Positions 9,351 through 18,384 of a DNA stretch of 40,431 bases are shown piece by piece. Under the pieces are notes generated by a model. It made no database searches, was not told the origin of the DNA, and worked only from the letters and a program-made list of their open reading frames with translations. The number at the start of each line of letters is the position of its first letter. Within the stretch, counting starts at the first letter, position 1. This DNA comes from Candidatus Saccharimonas sp. (lineage in GTDB: Bacteria; Patescibacteriota; Saccharimonadia; Saccharimonadales; Saccharimonadaceae). The position numbers and the translations under genes were made by a program. The DNA is taken from assembly GCA_049293215.1 (NCBI GenBank), contig JBATSI010000044.1, forward strand, positions 1 through 40,431, written 5' to 3'.

Positions 9351-9384
9351 GTCCCCGAGAGCATTGCGCTCTCGGGGACATTTT
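9351..9384 (+). terminator. Intrinsic terminator
   Basis: Perfect 12-bp stem gtccccgagagc/gctctcggggac with a 5-nt loop, followed by ATTTT; lies between convergent genes. Confidence 0.85.
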
Positions 9385-9390
9385 CACAGG

Positions 9391-10116
9391 TTATCTATGC
9401 CTAGGTAGTGCAACTACATTACTGACATATCCATCCGATGGCCCTATATGCTGTCTGGACGTGAATCTACCCTCAGGATTACTTTTATTGTAAATGTGTA
9501 TGTCACCATTTCGGGTTTGACGACTATTGACTACTGATCCACCTCTAAAAATGCCCGTAATCTGTTCTTCGTCGAGTTCCTCTAGAAGGGCACGCATCCC
9601 TAGCATGATATATCCATGCGATACGATTACAATATTTGGCTTATCCTCTTCTTTAAGCCTGTCGACCACGGGTGATATCCTTTCTAGCATCGTTTCAAGC
9701 GGCTCGACACGCTCGTTAAAGGTATCGCGCATGGCAATCCGACGAGCTTCTTTCTCGCTAGAGGCCGAACGTACCGCCTCACGTATATCCATGTAGGACA
9801 CATTCACAGTCCTTCTTTCATATAGCGAATCTACCACTTTAGACACAGCAATCAGACCTAGATGCGAAGCTGTTTCTCTTGCTCGTGAGAGTGGAGATGT
9901 CCATATCTCACAATTACCACTATCCAGGCCGACCGCGCGTAGATAGGCGCCAGTTTGGACGCTCTGAGCTCGTCCTACTTCAGTTAGATTCCAATCATCT
10001 GCATCCCAGTCTATGTCTTGGATTGTTCGCTCATTGGCTGAATTTTCGCGGCAATCATCCTCTATGACGTTACCCTCGGATTGCCCGTGGCGCACCAAAA
10101 AAGCCCTCTCAAGCAC
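9391..10116 (-). CDS. Histidine phosphatase family protein
   Basis: LVRHGQS, SPLSRARETA, LYER and VSHG motifs. Confidence 0.9.
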   Translation of the reverse strand: MLERAFLVRHGQSEGNVIEDDCRENSANERTIQDIDWDADDWNLTEVGRAQSVQTGAYLRAVGLDSGNCEIWTSPLSRARETASHLGLIAVSKVVDSLYERRTVNVSYMDIREAVRSASSEKEARRIAMRDTFNERVEPLETMLERISPVVDRLKEEDKPNIVIVSHGYIMLGMRALLEELDEEQITGIFRGGSVVNSRQTRNGDIHIYNKSNPEGRFTSRQHIGPSDGYVSNVVALPRHR

Positions 10117-11086
10117 TTAGTAACTCCGGGATCTCAAGGCTTATTTTTGTACCGTCCTGTTTTGCTGCACGCAATAGGTCGTCAATTGTCGCATCAAAAT
10201 AGTTATCACGCGATTTACTCATCTTGTTTCCATCGACGCCCAAGAGAATCGGCGAAAAAATCATATCCAGCTTAGGAGGCTGCTCGTTGAAGAAGTATTT
10301 GTATAGTGCGCGACGGACTTCTACGTCGCCCTCGGCGAGATGATCTCCACCGCTGAGTGAGTGTGTAAACCCAAGCGCTTTCCACCGCGCTGCAAATAAG
10401 GGCTTGTGGTGTAGCCAATACATGAAGTCTTCGTATCTACCTGATGCTGCATGACCACAGGTGGAGCAACTCACCGATAAGGTATCGTCTTGTATCTGCG
10501 TATTGGTGTTTGCATTATGACAAATTGGGCAGACGGATGCAGCAAACATAGTTAAAGAACCGTCCGTTGCTTTACTGGTGGTGTGAAGCATTAGCTGTTT
10601 AATTTCATCTGCGTGCATTAACGTCTGTAGTACTACGGTTTTCATTGCATCCGTATTGTGTAGGTCGGAATTGAAGAACGGTTTTACGGTAACATCAGGA
10701 AAACGACGGGTAATTTCGGCCATCTCCTCGATGATTCTTCCACCCCAAAAAGGCGCAGTTAGCGTTTTATTGTCAGATTCTTTGGCATATTGAATCGTGA
10801 CGTCAAGAGGCTTAACGTCATAAGTGTATTCATAAATATTTGTACCGACAAGGACGCGCTGCTCCCAGTCATTCAGCGAAAGGAGGAATGTAAACCGCGG
10901 GCTCTTGCCTAAGTGCTGAAGTTCTTCGCAAATAAGGATTGGGTATACTATGATTGCCAGTTTATTGCCAGCATGTAACTCATAGGGCCGTATACCTATA
11001 TGGATCGATTCGTCGCCATTGAGAGTCTTTGCTAGAGTAGCAATCCCGGGTAGACCTGTATAAACATTAGATTCTGTCATAACCAC
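10109..11086 (-). CDS. Class I lysyl-tRNA-synthetase-like protein, catalytic domain only (BlsK-like)
   Basis: HIGH-like LHAGN, CPIC...CSTC Zn knuckle, GGDH, KMSKS. The protein ends about 30 aa after KMSKS. Confidence 0.7.
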   Translation of the reverse strand: MVMTESNVYTGLPGIATLAKTLNGDESIHIGIRPYELHAGNKLAIIVYPILICEELQHLGKSPRFTFLLSLNDWEQRVLVGTNIYEYTYDVKPLDVTIQYAKESDNKTLTAPFWGGRIIEEMAEITRRFPDVTVKPFFNSDLHNTDAMKTVVLQTLMHADEIKQLMLHTTSKATDGSLTMFAASVCPICHNANTNTQIQDDTLSVSCSTCGHAASGRYEDFMYWLHHKPLFAARWKALGFTHSLSGGDHLAEGDVEVRRALYKYFFNEQPPKLDMIFSPILLGVDGNKMSKSRDNYFDATIDDLLRAAKQDGTKISLEIPELLSA

Positions 11087-12284
11087 TCTCCATTATACTA
11101 AATACTCGCTTACTTATATTTGTTGTCAGCTGGAGGCGTCGTGGATCGATAGGTTTTGCGGTTTCGTAAAGCCTAACATAGTCGTTGATAACATTTGACC
11201 AGTCTCGACTTTCGGCGAATACCTTACCATTGCGAACAAGCCGCTGTGTCAAAGTTTGATCATTTAGCACAGTATGAAGAGCTTGTGCAAGCTCACCACT
11301 ATCACCAGGCTTCACTAGCAGGGCCGCGTCTTCGGTGGTGTACTCGCGGATACCGCCGACATTAGACGCAATCAGAGGGCAGCCGACAGCGTTAGCTTCA
11401 GTATTGACGAGCCCTCCTGCCTCGGCAGTTGACGGCACGACTGTCGCCTCAGCCCCTTTTAACATTCCAAGGGCGAGATCAAGTCCAATGCTTCCCATAA
11501 AATGAACCCGCTTCGAAAGCCTAAGCTTATCAACTTGCATCTCAAGAGCATGACGCTCTAAGCCGTCTCCAGCAATTACGAGGTCAGCCCTCGTATCTGG
11601 GTAGTCATGCAGTAGTTTTGCATAGGCGTCAATCAGAACATCAATTCCTTTACTAGCCTCAAGTCTACGAAGTGACATGATATACGGAGAGTCGACGGCT
11701 TCGGGCTGCGCGACAGGCAGGCTGCTGTAATGACGATAGTCTATGCCTGCAACCATTACATCGATTTTACCCTTATACATTGGCAGGGCATCGATTGTAT
11801 AATCGCGCGTAGCTTCCGAAACAGCAGTGTGTTGGTACATGTTGTGGTACGCATCCGGCATATAACTATGGCCTTCCTGCCACAATCTTTCGCTCTCTTG
11901 GTTATTTGGATTCGGCACCTCTAGGCCACAAATACTCGAGACGACTGGTTTTTGATGAATCGCTCCAAGAATAGCTGAGAACATAGGCAACGGACGGCGC
12001 ATGCCGACAACATGGATGATGTCAGCTTCGTTCACTAGACTTTCGCCGTTATGATGAAGATAGTATGCAGTATTGATGATAGAGTTCTCATCGTAACCGG
12101 CAGGAATACGGTCAACACTGACGCCTTCAATTACGTCGCTGGGCGGCAGCTCAGCTGGCCATTGCTTTGTGAGCACATCGAGAGAGTGACCCTCGTCTTC
12201 GAGCGCGCCCTTCATTTCACGCACCATTGTTTCAATCCCACCGACATGTGGCGCATAAAGCGACGTGTGTGCATTGACTCTCAT
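11067..12284 (-). CDS. Glycosyltransferase family 4
   Basis: PHVGGIE, RLEASKGID, PSTAEAGGLVNTEA (EX7E), SNVGGIRE. Confidence 0.9.
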   Translation of the reverse strand: MRVNAHTSLYAPHVGGIETMVREMKGALEDEGHSLDVLTKQWPAELPPSDVIEGVSVDRIPAGYDENSIINTAYYLHHNGESLVNEADIIHVVGMRRPLPMFSAILGAIHQKPVVSSICGLEVPNPNNQESERLWQEGHSYMPDAYHNMYQHTAVSEATRDYTIDALPMYKGKIDVMVAGIDYRHYSSLPVAQPEAVDSPYIMSLRRLEASKGIDVLIDAYAKLLHDYPDTRADLVIAGDGLERHALEMQVDKLRLSKRVHFMGSIGLDLALGMLKGAEATVVPSTAEAGGLVNTEANAVGCPLIASNVGGIREYTTEDAALLVKPGDSGELAQALHTVLNDQTLTQRLVRNGKVFAESRDWSNVINDYVRLYETAKPIDPRRLQLTTNISKRVFSIMESGYDRI

Positions 12285-14131
12285 GATAGTTTGACTTTCT
12301 TTGCAATAATCACAATTTGTCCCGTATCCTCGGTTGCTGCCTCGCCTGTATTATAGTCGATATAACGAACGTGGCTCTCAAATCCTGCGTCTTCTAGTAA
12401 ACTTACAATCTCCTCTGTATGGAAGATATGAGATACAGTTTTAACTTTACGTTCACCTACCTGATGCGTAGTAGTAAAGTCGCCAGTATGCTCTGGCATG
12501 CCGGTGAGTACAGCCTGTCGATTCCGGCGCGCATTTTCTTCGCCATATTGTGCAGCATTAAACTGATTATTCACATCTAGAATTAGTACGCCATCGTCAT
12601 GAAGTAGTTCGGCAACATTTTTCAGCGCTGTGGCACGCTCCTCACTTTTTATGTGGCCAAGGACATTCCACAGTAGCAATGCCGCGTCCGATTGGTAGTG
12701 CGTTGCGTCAAACTCTTTGGAGCTTATATCTTCACGATGCGAGTCTGGATTAATCTTTGTAGCCTGATCAACCATGCCCTGAGAAGCATCGATAGAAGTA
12801 ACTCGCTTATTTGATCGTGAAGCTATCTTGACTCCACGTACCCCATCACCGCATCCAATATCGATTATGCGATCGCCCTGTATTCGACTCAGCTCTTCAA
12901 TGACAATTGCGTCAACTGAGTCTAAATATTTTTGGCGTTCGGCACGAGTTACACTGTAGGACTCTGATAGTTCAGAGTAAAATCTATCCGACGACAAAGG
13001 TGTTGCGCTCATAGAGCGGCGACGTGATACGAGCTCGAGACTATCCATGACACGCTCCACATCCGAGTCTGAAAGGGCTGAATGAAGAGGTATATTTAGA
13101 ATTCGAGTTGCCACCTCCGCCGTGCCCTCGTCCTTTATGACAGGCTGTGTAGCGCGTATATGCGCGAAATTATAAATAGCAGGCATTGGCGTCTGACGTG
13201 CGCCAATACCGAGATCAGATAGCTCGTGCTGCATAGATTCCGCATCTGACGCTGCCCGTGCAATCGCGTAAAATCCAAACCAGCTTCGTGTAGATCTGCT
13301 TGGAGTCTCTAGTGGGAGCCCTCTTTCTTCGATAGTATCAATATAGAAATCTGCAATTTGTTGACGACGATCGAGTATTAGGCCGAGGCGTCCAAGTTGG
13401 AGTAGCCCGGCGGCGGCCTGAATTTCGGTCATGCGATAATTGAATCCAAGTTTAATTTGGTTAAGCCAATCGGGCGTGTTAAGCCGACCTTGTTCGCGAG
13501 CTGCGTGCGCCAAATGAGCTACATCGGCTTGATGTAATTGTAGGGTGCCGCCTTCTCCAAGAGTTGTGATGACTTTATTTTCATGAAAACTATATACGAC
13601 AGCATCACTATGTTCGCCGATAGCCAAACCTCGTTCTTTTTCTGCGAATGCCTGCGCAGCGTCCTCGATAATACGGACATCGGGAAAGTCCCTCTTTATA
13701 GCAGACAGAGCCTCACTGTCCGCTTCGTGGCCGTAAATATAGGGGACAACCACCCCTTGCGTAGATGGATTATCGGCAATTAGGTCGTATACCTTCGGCA
13801 TATCTAGCTGCAATTGGTCATTGATAGGCCCAAACACGAGCGGAAGTTTCTCTTGCACTAGTACATTCGAAGTGGCGATAAAACTAAGTGGTGAAGTGAT
13901 TATCTGATCGTTCCCATGCCAATTCATTGCTCGCACGCCAAGATGTAGTGCGGTGGTCCCATTTGAAGTGGCTACTGTATGCTCAACCCCCGTTGTATCC
14001 GACAGTGCTTTTTCAAACTCAGGGACAATAAGACCTCTTGTGTACTTATGTGTTTTATTAACCCTCTGAGCAGCGCTACTAACATCATCCTGTGTTATCT
14101 CAGGGTGAAACAGCGGTATTTCGCTAGCCAC
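12281..14131 (-). CDS. DegT/DnrJ/EryC1/StrS aminotransferase fused to a class I SAM methyltransferase
   Basis: SNGTTALH, IEDAAQA, SFHENK...GEGG (PLP lysine), GFNYRM; C-terminal IIDIGCGDG and IDASQGM. Confidence 0.9.
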   Translation of the reverse strand: MASEIPLFHPEITQDDVSSAAQRVNKTHKYTRGLIVPEFEKALSDTTGVEHTVATSNGTTALHLGVRAMNWHGNDQIITSPLSFIATSNVLVQEKLPLVFGPINDQLQLDMPKVYDLIADNPSTQGVVVPYIYGHEADSEALSAIKRDFPDVRIIEDAAQAFAEKERGLAIGEHSDAVVYSFHENKVITTLGEGGTLQLHQADVAHLAHAAREQGRLNTPDWLNQIKLGFNYRMTEIQAAAGLLQLGRLGLILDRRQQIADFYIDTIEERGLPLETPSRSTRSWFGFYAIARAASDAESMQHELSDLGIGARQTPMPAIYNFAHIRATQPVIKDEGTAEVATRILNIPLHSALSDSDVERVMDSLELVSRRRSMSATPLSSDRFYSELSESYSVTRAERQKYLDSVDAIVIEELSRIQGDRIIDIGCGDGVRGVKIASRSNKRVTSIDASQGMVDQATKINPDSHREDISSKEFDATHYQSDAALLLWNVLGHIKSEERATALKNVAELLHDDGVLILDVNNQFNAAQYGEENARRNRQAVLTGMPEHTGDFTTTHQVGERKVKTVSHIFHTEEIVSLLEDAGFESHVRYIDYNTGEAATEDTGQIVIIAKKVKLS

Positions 14132-14525
14132 GATAGTGCTCCATAATGAAAGTACAGGCCTCTTCTAGTGTATCGAACCGAACATGCGAATGATAGTTGA
14201 GCCAATAGTCCTTCTCGTGACCATGACCGAATATCACCACAAGTTTATCTCTTTCGTGGGCGTATATCACTTCCATGGCAGTGCCTATCATCGAGGCATC
14301 GGAAAATGTATCATTAACAAGCAGAATATCCGCATTGCGAATATCTTGTTTGTCGCGGTGTATAGCAATTCGTGGATCGGGCAACGTCTCTTTTGACTCA
14401 CGACCACGCAGTGCATGAAGAACGGGTATAGCAGGCTCAAGTAGTTCTTTTGCTTTATCGCGCCACCCTAACGAAAGCTCTCTTGGCAAGCCTCGTATTG
14501 GCCCCGATAAAAACACCTTACTCAT
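14124..14525 (-). CDS. Nucleoside 2-deoxyribosyltransferase-like NMP N-glycosidase (BlsM/MilB-like)
   Basis: MSKVFLSGPI, DKQDIRNADILLV, SMIGTAME. Start at 14525 is supported by TATAGT 7 nt upstream. Confidence 0.8.
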   Translation of the reverse strand: MSKVFLSGPIRGLPRELSLGWRDKAKELLEPAIPVLHALRGRESKETLPDPRIAIHRDKQDIRNADILLVNDTFSDASMIGTAMEVIYAHERDKLVVIFGHGHEKDYWLNYHSHVRFDTLEEACTFIMEHYRG

Positions 14526-14597
14526 GTCAATGACTATACAATGGACTAGCGGTTTATGCAACCCCGCATCGCGATTGACTAGTGTATAATATTCAAT
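14526..14597. promoter_or_regulatory. Divergent leaderless promoter pair controlling the cluster
   Basis: TATAAT 14585-14590 is 7 nt before ATG 14598; TATAGT on the minus strand is 7 nt before ATG 14525. Confidence 0.65.
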
Positions 14598-15524
14598 ATG
14601 AGTCATCAAGCTATATTGTCGGATCTAATTGACAGCCTCCAGAGTGGCAGTGAAGGGTCACTTATTCTGAATTCAAGCTACGATAACATCGTACTTCAAG
14701 TGGGCGGTGATGTTTTTAGGTGGAGTATGAATAAGTCGCTTGATGATGTAAGGCGCGAGGCGGACTTTATAAAATACCTCCATAAGAATAGCTTTTGTGC
14801 GGCGAAAATAGTTAGAGTTTCAGAAACACGAATAAAGAGCAGGAAGAAGAGCCTGCCTCTCCTTGTCACCTCATATATTCCGCACGACACAGACACCTCG
14901 TTTTCCTCAGCAGTACTGCGCCAGGCAGCAGAAGCGCTCTATCATATCCATCAGCTAGGAGAGTTATTCTGTAAAAACAATCAATATGTACAGAAGCGCA
15001 AAATTGATGAGCTGCTCAGACAGATGGACAACAGTCTTAAAAAAGGGCTCTCGCCAAACGCAGCTAATAGGTCGCAGGTTCAAGATGATATACGCTGGGC
15101 CCTTAACTTCATAGCTCAGGCGCCAATAGACAGCCCTCGGACGATTATCCACAATGACTTTCGACCACAAAATGTATTAACTATTAGTGGCGCCATCGTG
15201 GCCGTCATAGACTTCGACTACGCAATCTCGTCCCACGCACCACAGAAAGATGTGGCGCACGCGGCACTAGAGTGGTCATTTCCCGATACGTCAGAAATGC
15301 CAGATTTTGATCGCTTCCGTCTATTTGTAGGGACGTATGCCGCAATGGGTAACGAAACCTACGAGGATTATATCGAGCGTGTTAATTTATATGATTGGGT
15401 AAAAGTTGCAGCGATGATTGATGCGGCTGGATATTGGCTTCATTCTCCAGAGAATACCACAGAAAGATTTGGATCGTATATGTATAAGAAATTCCGATAT
15501 TTTCAGGATAATAAAAATGTATAA
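14598..15524 (+). CDS. Aminoglycoside phosphotransferase / type II homoserine kinase-like kinase
   Basis: Brenner motif IIHNDFRPQNVL, VIDFD, and EADFIKYL. Confidence 0.85.
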   Translation: MSHQAILSDLIDSLQSGSEGSLILNSSYDNIVLQVGGDVFRWSMNKSLDDVRREADFIKYLHKNSFCAAKIVRVSETRIKSRKKSLPLLVTSYIPHDTDTSFSSAVLRQAAEALYHIHQLGELFCKNNQYVQKRKIDELLRQMDNSLKKGLSPNAANRSQVQDDIRWALNFIAQAPIDSPRTIIHNDFRPQNVLTISGAIVAVIDFDYAISSHAPQKDVAHAALEWSFPDTSEMPDFDRFRLFVGTYAAMGNETYEDYIERVNLYDWVKVAAMIDAAGYWLHSPENTTERFGSYMYKKFRYFQDNKNV

Positions 15525-16629
15525 TAAAATAATTTTCTTTGCGAATGACTTTGGGTACGGGCCAACCTCCAATGCACTCTCTATAGCGCGTACGCTCTCG
15601 AAACAGGGCTTACAGACCGTACTGGTCACGGCGGGAGAGAATGATTTAATTGCGAGAGCGAGCGGTATTAATATTGAGCACATAGCTAACCTCAGAGATG
15701 TTACTGCTATCACAGAGTATCTTAAGTCGCACTCAGATGATCAATCTTTGATTGTGAGTGTTATGAATCGATTCGCCGTCACTGCAGCAAATACGACGGG
15801 AAGATTTTGTGTTCTCGTAGACGACCTATACTGGTTTTGGCGTTACGGAGGACGACCAGCTGAGTATGAGAACGCTAATGTGCAGGTGCGTTGCGTCTTG
15901 CCGTGGCAGCTAGACTCAGTGAATTCTACCTACAAACTCCGTTATACATGTGTCCAGCCCGATATATCAATCGGGCAAGCTCAAGAGAGGGGCAGCAGCT
16001 GGCTTTATTCATTTAACGGACTGCGCACTCCATTCTATACCGAAGAGCATGACATATACGTGTCGTTCATGGGAGTAGTAATAAAGGGGCTTGCGCGTCA
16101 GCAGTCTTTAGTCGTGGCGGGTCCGGAATATATACGACCCTTGATAGAACAATTTCTTCCTAAGGATATGCATTATACGCCACTCTCGAAAACAAGATAC
16201 CTTGAGACCCTTGCTTCAGTAGGGGGCGTGTATTTAAATGGCGGTCTAAATTCATTTGTTGAGGCTGTTATGTCAGATGCACCAGTAAGGATGCTCTTGC
16301 CATCTAATCAGAGCCAGTACGGACTGCTTAATGAGATTGCTAATGAAGTCAATGTTTCAATAACGGACGTTTGCCCGCTTTTGTCTGTCATACCCAATCA
16401 CCAAGACATGCTCGCATTCGCAAATGAACGCGAAGCGATTGACGCGTGGTCAAACAGGCTTCACGAGGTACTCGCGATGGACAGCGCTGAAGAGACCATC
16501 TTAAGATCTATGGAAAGCTATAATAATTCGTCGGTAATCAATTGGGGTACGCACTTTACTGAATGGCAAAATGCAGTGAATAACAGCGCCCCCATCAGTG
16601 AAGTTGTGCTAGATATAGTGCAAAATTAA
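15517..16629 (+). CDS. GT-B fold protein resembling cytosylglucuronic acid synthase (BlsD/MilC-related)
   Basis: N-terminal FANDFGYGP, VDDLYWFW, SFNGL, NGGLNSFVEA, LLPSNQSQ. ATG 15517 overlaps the kinase stop. Family assignment is from recalled motifs only. Confidence 0.55.
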   Translation: MYNKIIFFANDFGYGPTSNALSIARTLSKQGLQTVLVTAGENDLIARASGINIEHIANLRDVTAITEYLKSHSDDQSLIVSVMNRFAVTAANTTGRFCVLVDDLYWFWRYGGRPAEYENANVQVRCVLPWQLDSVNSTYKLRYTCVQPDISIGQAQERGSSWLYSFNGLRTPFYTEEHDIYVSFMGVVIKGLARQQSLVVAGPEYIRPLIEQFLPKDMHYTPLSKTRYLETLASVGGVYLNGGLNSFVEAVMSDAPVRMLLPSNQSQYGLLNEIANEVNVSITDVCPLLSVIPNHQDMLAFANEREAIDAWSNRLHEVLAMDSAEETILRSMESYNNSSVINWGTHFTEWQNAVNNSAPISEVVLDIVQN

Positions 16630-18362
16630 CTGTGGAGATTTTGGCGTTGCGCACTCGGCATAACTATACGCCCAGTGAGTCCTAGCTGAACCAGGAAATG
16701 CGGATCGTGCGAAATCACAAGTAACGTTCCATCGTAATCTATTAATGACTCTACCAGCTTTTCTTGGTACGACGGAGTAAGGTAGCTCGTCGGCTCATCT
16801 AGCAGTAGCACATTAGGCTGTCGTGCCATCAAGAGTGCAAGTTGTGCACGCGCCTGAGAGTCCTTATCGGTTAAGTCTCTGGGCTTAATGTCGTAACTCG
16901 CACGTTTATTGAATCCCCAAAATGCGAGCGTTCCCATAGCATTAGGATAACTTCGCTCAAGAATTTGGCGCAAAGGTTGATCTTCATCGGGCAGTGAGGT
17001 ATACGGAGAAAAGTAGCCCATTTCAACACTAGAGCCTTTTTTTGCCTCACCCTCGACTAACATTTCCTCAGTTTGCTCGGCCAACATTTTCATCAATGTA
17101 CTTTTACCACTACCGTTATTACCTATAATAGCCAAGCGATCACCGCGATATACCTGTAGATCAGGTGCCTCAATGACAGTGCCTTCATTATCAGAGCTGT
17201 CGTTTACATAAAGCATCTCAACTTGCTGCAAAGAGAACACATTAGTACCTGATCGATGCCTGGCAGTAAATGAACGAGCCACCTCACGATGCGGTGTTCT
17301 TTCGATAAGGATTTTTCCTGGCATTGCATCATATTCTGCCTGCATGCGTTCAAGCTTTGATCGCTGAGCCCGAAGTACTTGAGCCATGTCGTCGGTTCTT
17401 TTCGCTGCTGGTCCAAAGAAGTCTCGTATTTTTACCTTAAGCTCTTGAATATCCTCTTTTTTGCGGGTTGCCTCATCGGTCCAGTTGTCAATTAATTTTT
17501 GCCGCTCTTCTTGGTAGTTAGTTAGGCCTGTCCCGATGTTAAGAGTTAGTTTGCTATCCAATATTTCTACAACACGGTCTGCTGTAGCTTCGGCGAAGCT
17601 CATGTCTGATGTCGCTATGATCATGGATGTGTCTGACTGACTAATGTAGTCTGTAAGCCATTGCTTTGATCTAACGTCGAGATGAACTGAAGGGTCATCC
17701 ATAACTACGATGTTGGCTTGCGAGTACAGGGATCGCCCAATTATTGCTTTTGATATTTGTCCACTGCTCATATCTTCTAGTTTCGTGTCAAGAGTGATGA
17801 TATCGTGGTCACTTGACGCCAAGCGTAGTCCTTGGATAATTTGACTGATATCCCTTTCTGCATTCCACCCATCCGCATTTTGAAATGCATCTTGAAGCTC
17901 CCCTGCAGACTTAATTGCTGCTTCGTCGCCTTCCGCGGCAAGTTGCCATAACTCGTCTAATTGTTGTTCGACGCCGCTTATACCTCGCGCGGAAAGAAAG
18001 AAGTCACGCAATGTTAACTCGGGATTGATTTCGTCAGTCAGAGACGGCGTTATATATTCAATTCGAGCATCTTTTGGTAGATTAATATCGGCACTGCTAT
18101 CACCTTGGATGTGTGCTATGTCACTAATCAATTCGCGCCTAGCAAGGACGTTATCACCTATAACCACAGTCGTGGTGCCAGGTTGAATCGAGAGACAAAG
18201 ATTCTCGTAGTGCTGCCCGGAAAGATTATTTATCACTAGACTATTTCTTCCCGTTACTCTGCGCTCGAGAGACTTGATGCTAAGGTGTGCTATCTGCGTG
18301 TCGTCAGGGGTAAAAAAACGTTCTTGTTCAGCCGGCTCTATCTTCTTAAATGATTCGGTCAT
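16626..18362 (-). CDS. ABC-F family ATPase with one degenerate site
   Basis: Two NBDs, a helical linker, no TM segments. NBD2 has GNNGSGKST and LLLDEP; NBD1 Walker A is degenerate. Confidence 0.85.
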   Translation of the reverse strand: MTESFKKIEPAEQERFFTPDDTQIAHLSIKSLERRVTGRNSLVINNLSGQHYENLCLSIQPGTTTVVIGDNVLARRELISDIAHIQGDSSADINLPKDARIEYITPSLTDEINPELTLRDFFLSARGISGVEQQLDELWQLAAEGDEAAIKSAGELQDAFQNADGWNAERDISQIIQGLRLASSDHDIITLDTKLEDMSSGQISKAIIGRSLYSQANIVVMDDPSVHLDVRSKQWLTDYISQSDTSMIIATSDMSFAEATADRVVEILDSKLTLNIGTGLTNYQEERQKLIDNWTDEATRKKEDIQELKVKIRDFFGPAAKRTDDMAQVLRAQRSKLERMQAEYDAMPGKILIERTPHREVARSFTARHRSGTNVFSLQQVEMLYVNDSSDNEGTVIEAPDLQVYRGDRLAIIGNNGSGKSTLMKMLAEQTEEMLVEGEAKKGSSVEMGYFSPYTSLPDEDQPLRQILERSYPNAMGTLAFWGFNKRASYDIKPRDLTDKDSQARAQLALLMARQPNVLLLDEPTSYLTPSYQEKLVESLIDYDGTLLVISHDPHFLVQLGLTGRIVMPSAQRQNLHS

Positions 18363-18384
18363 ACACTTATTTTAACATTGTATG

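Noticed and set aside
9139..9408. ORF-track entries 9139-9408 and 9141-9404
   Set aside because: They start in the promoter and read through the terminator. The third-frame ORF 9203-9328 has the SD and coherent codon usage.
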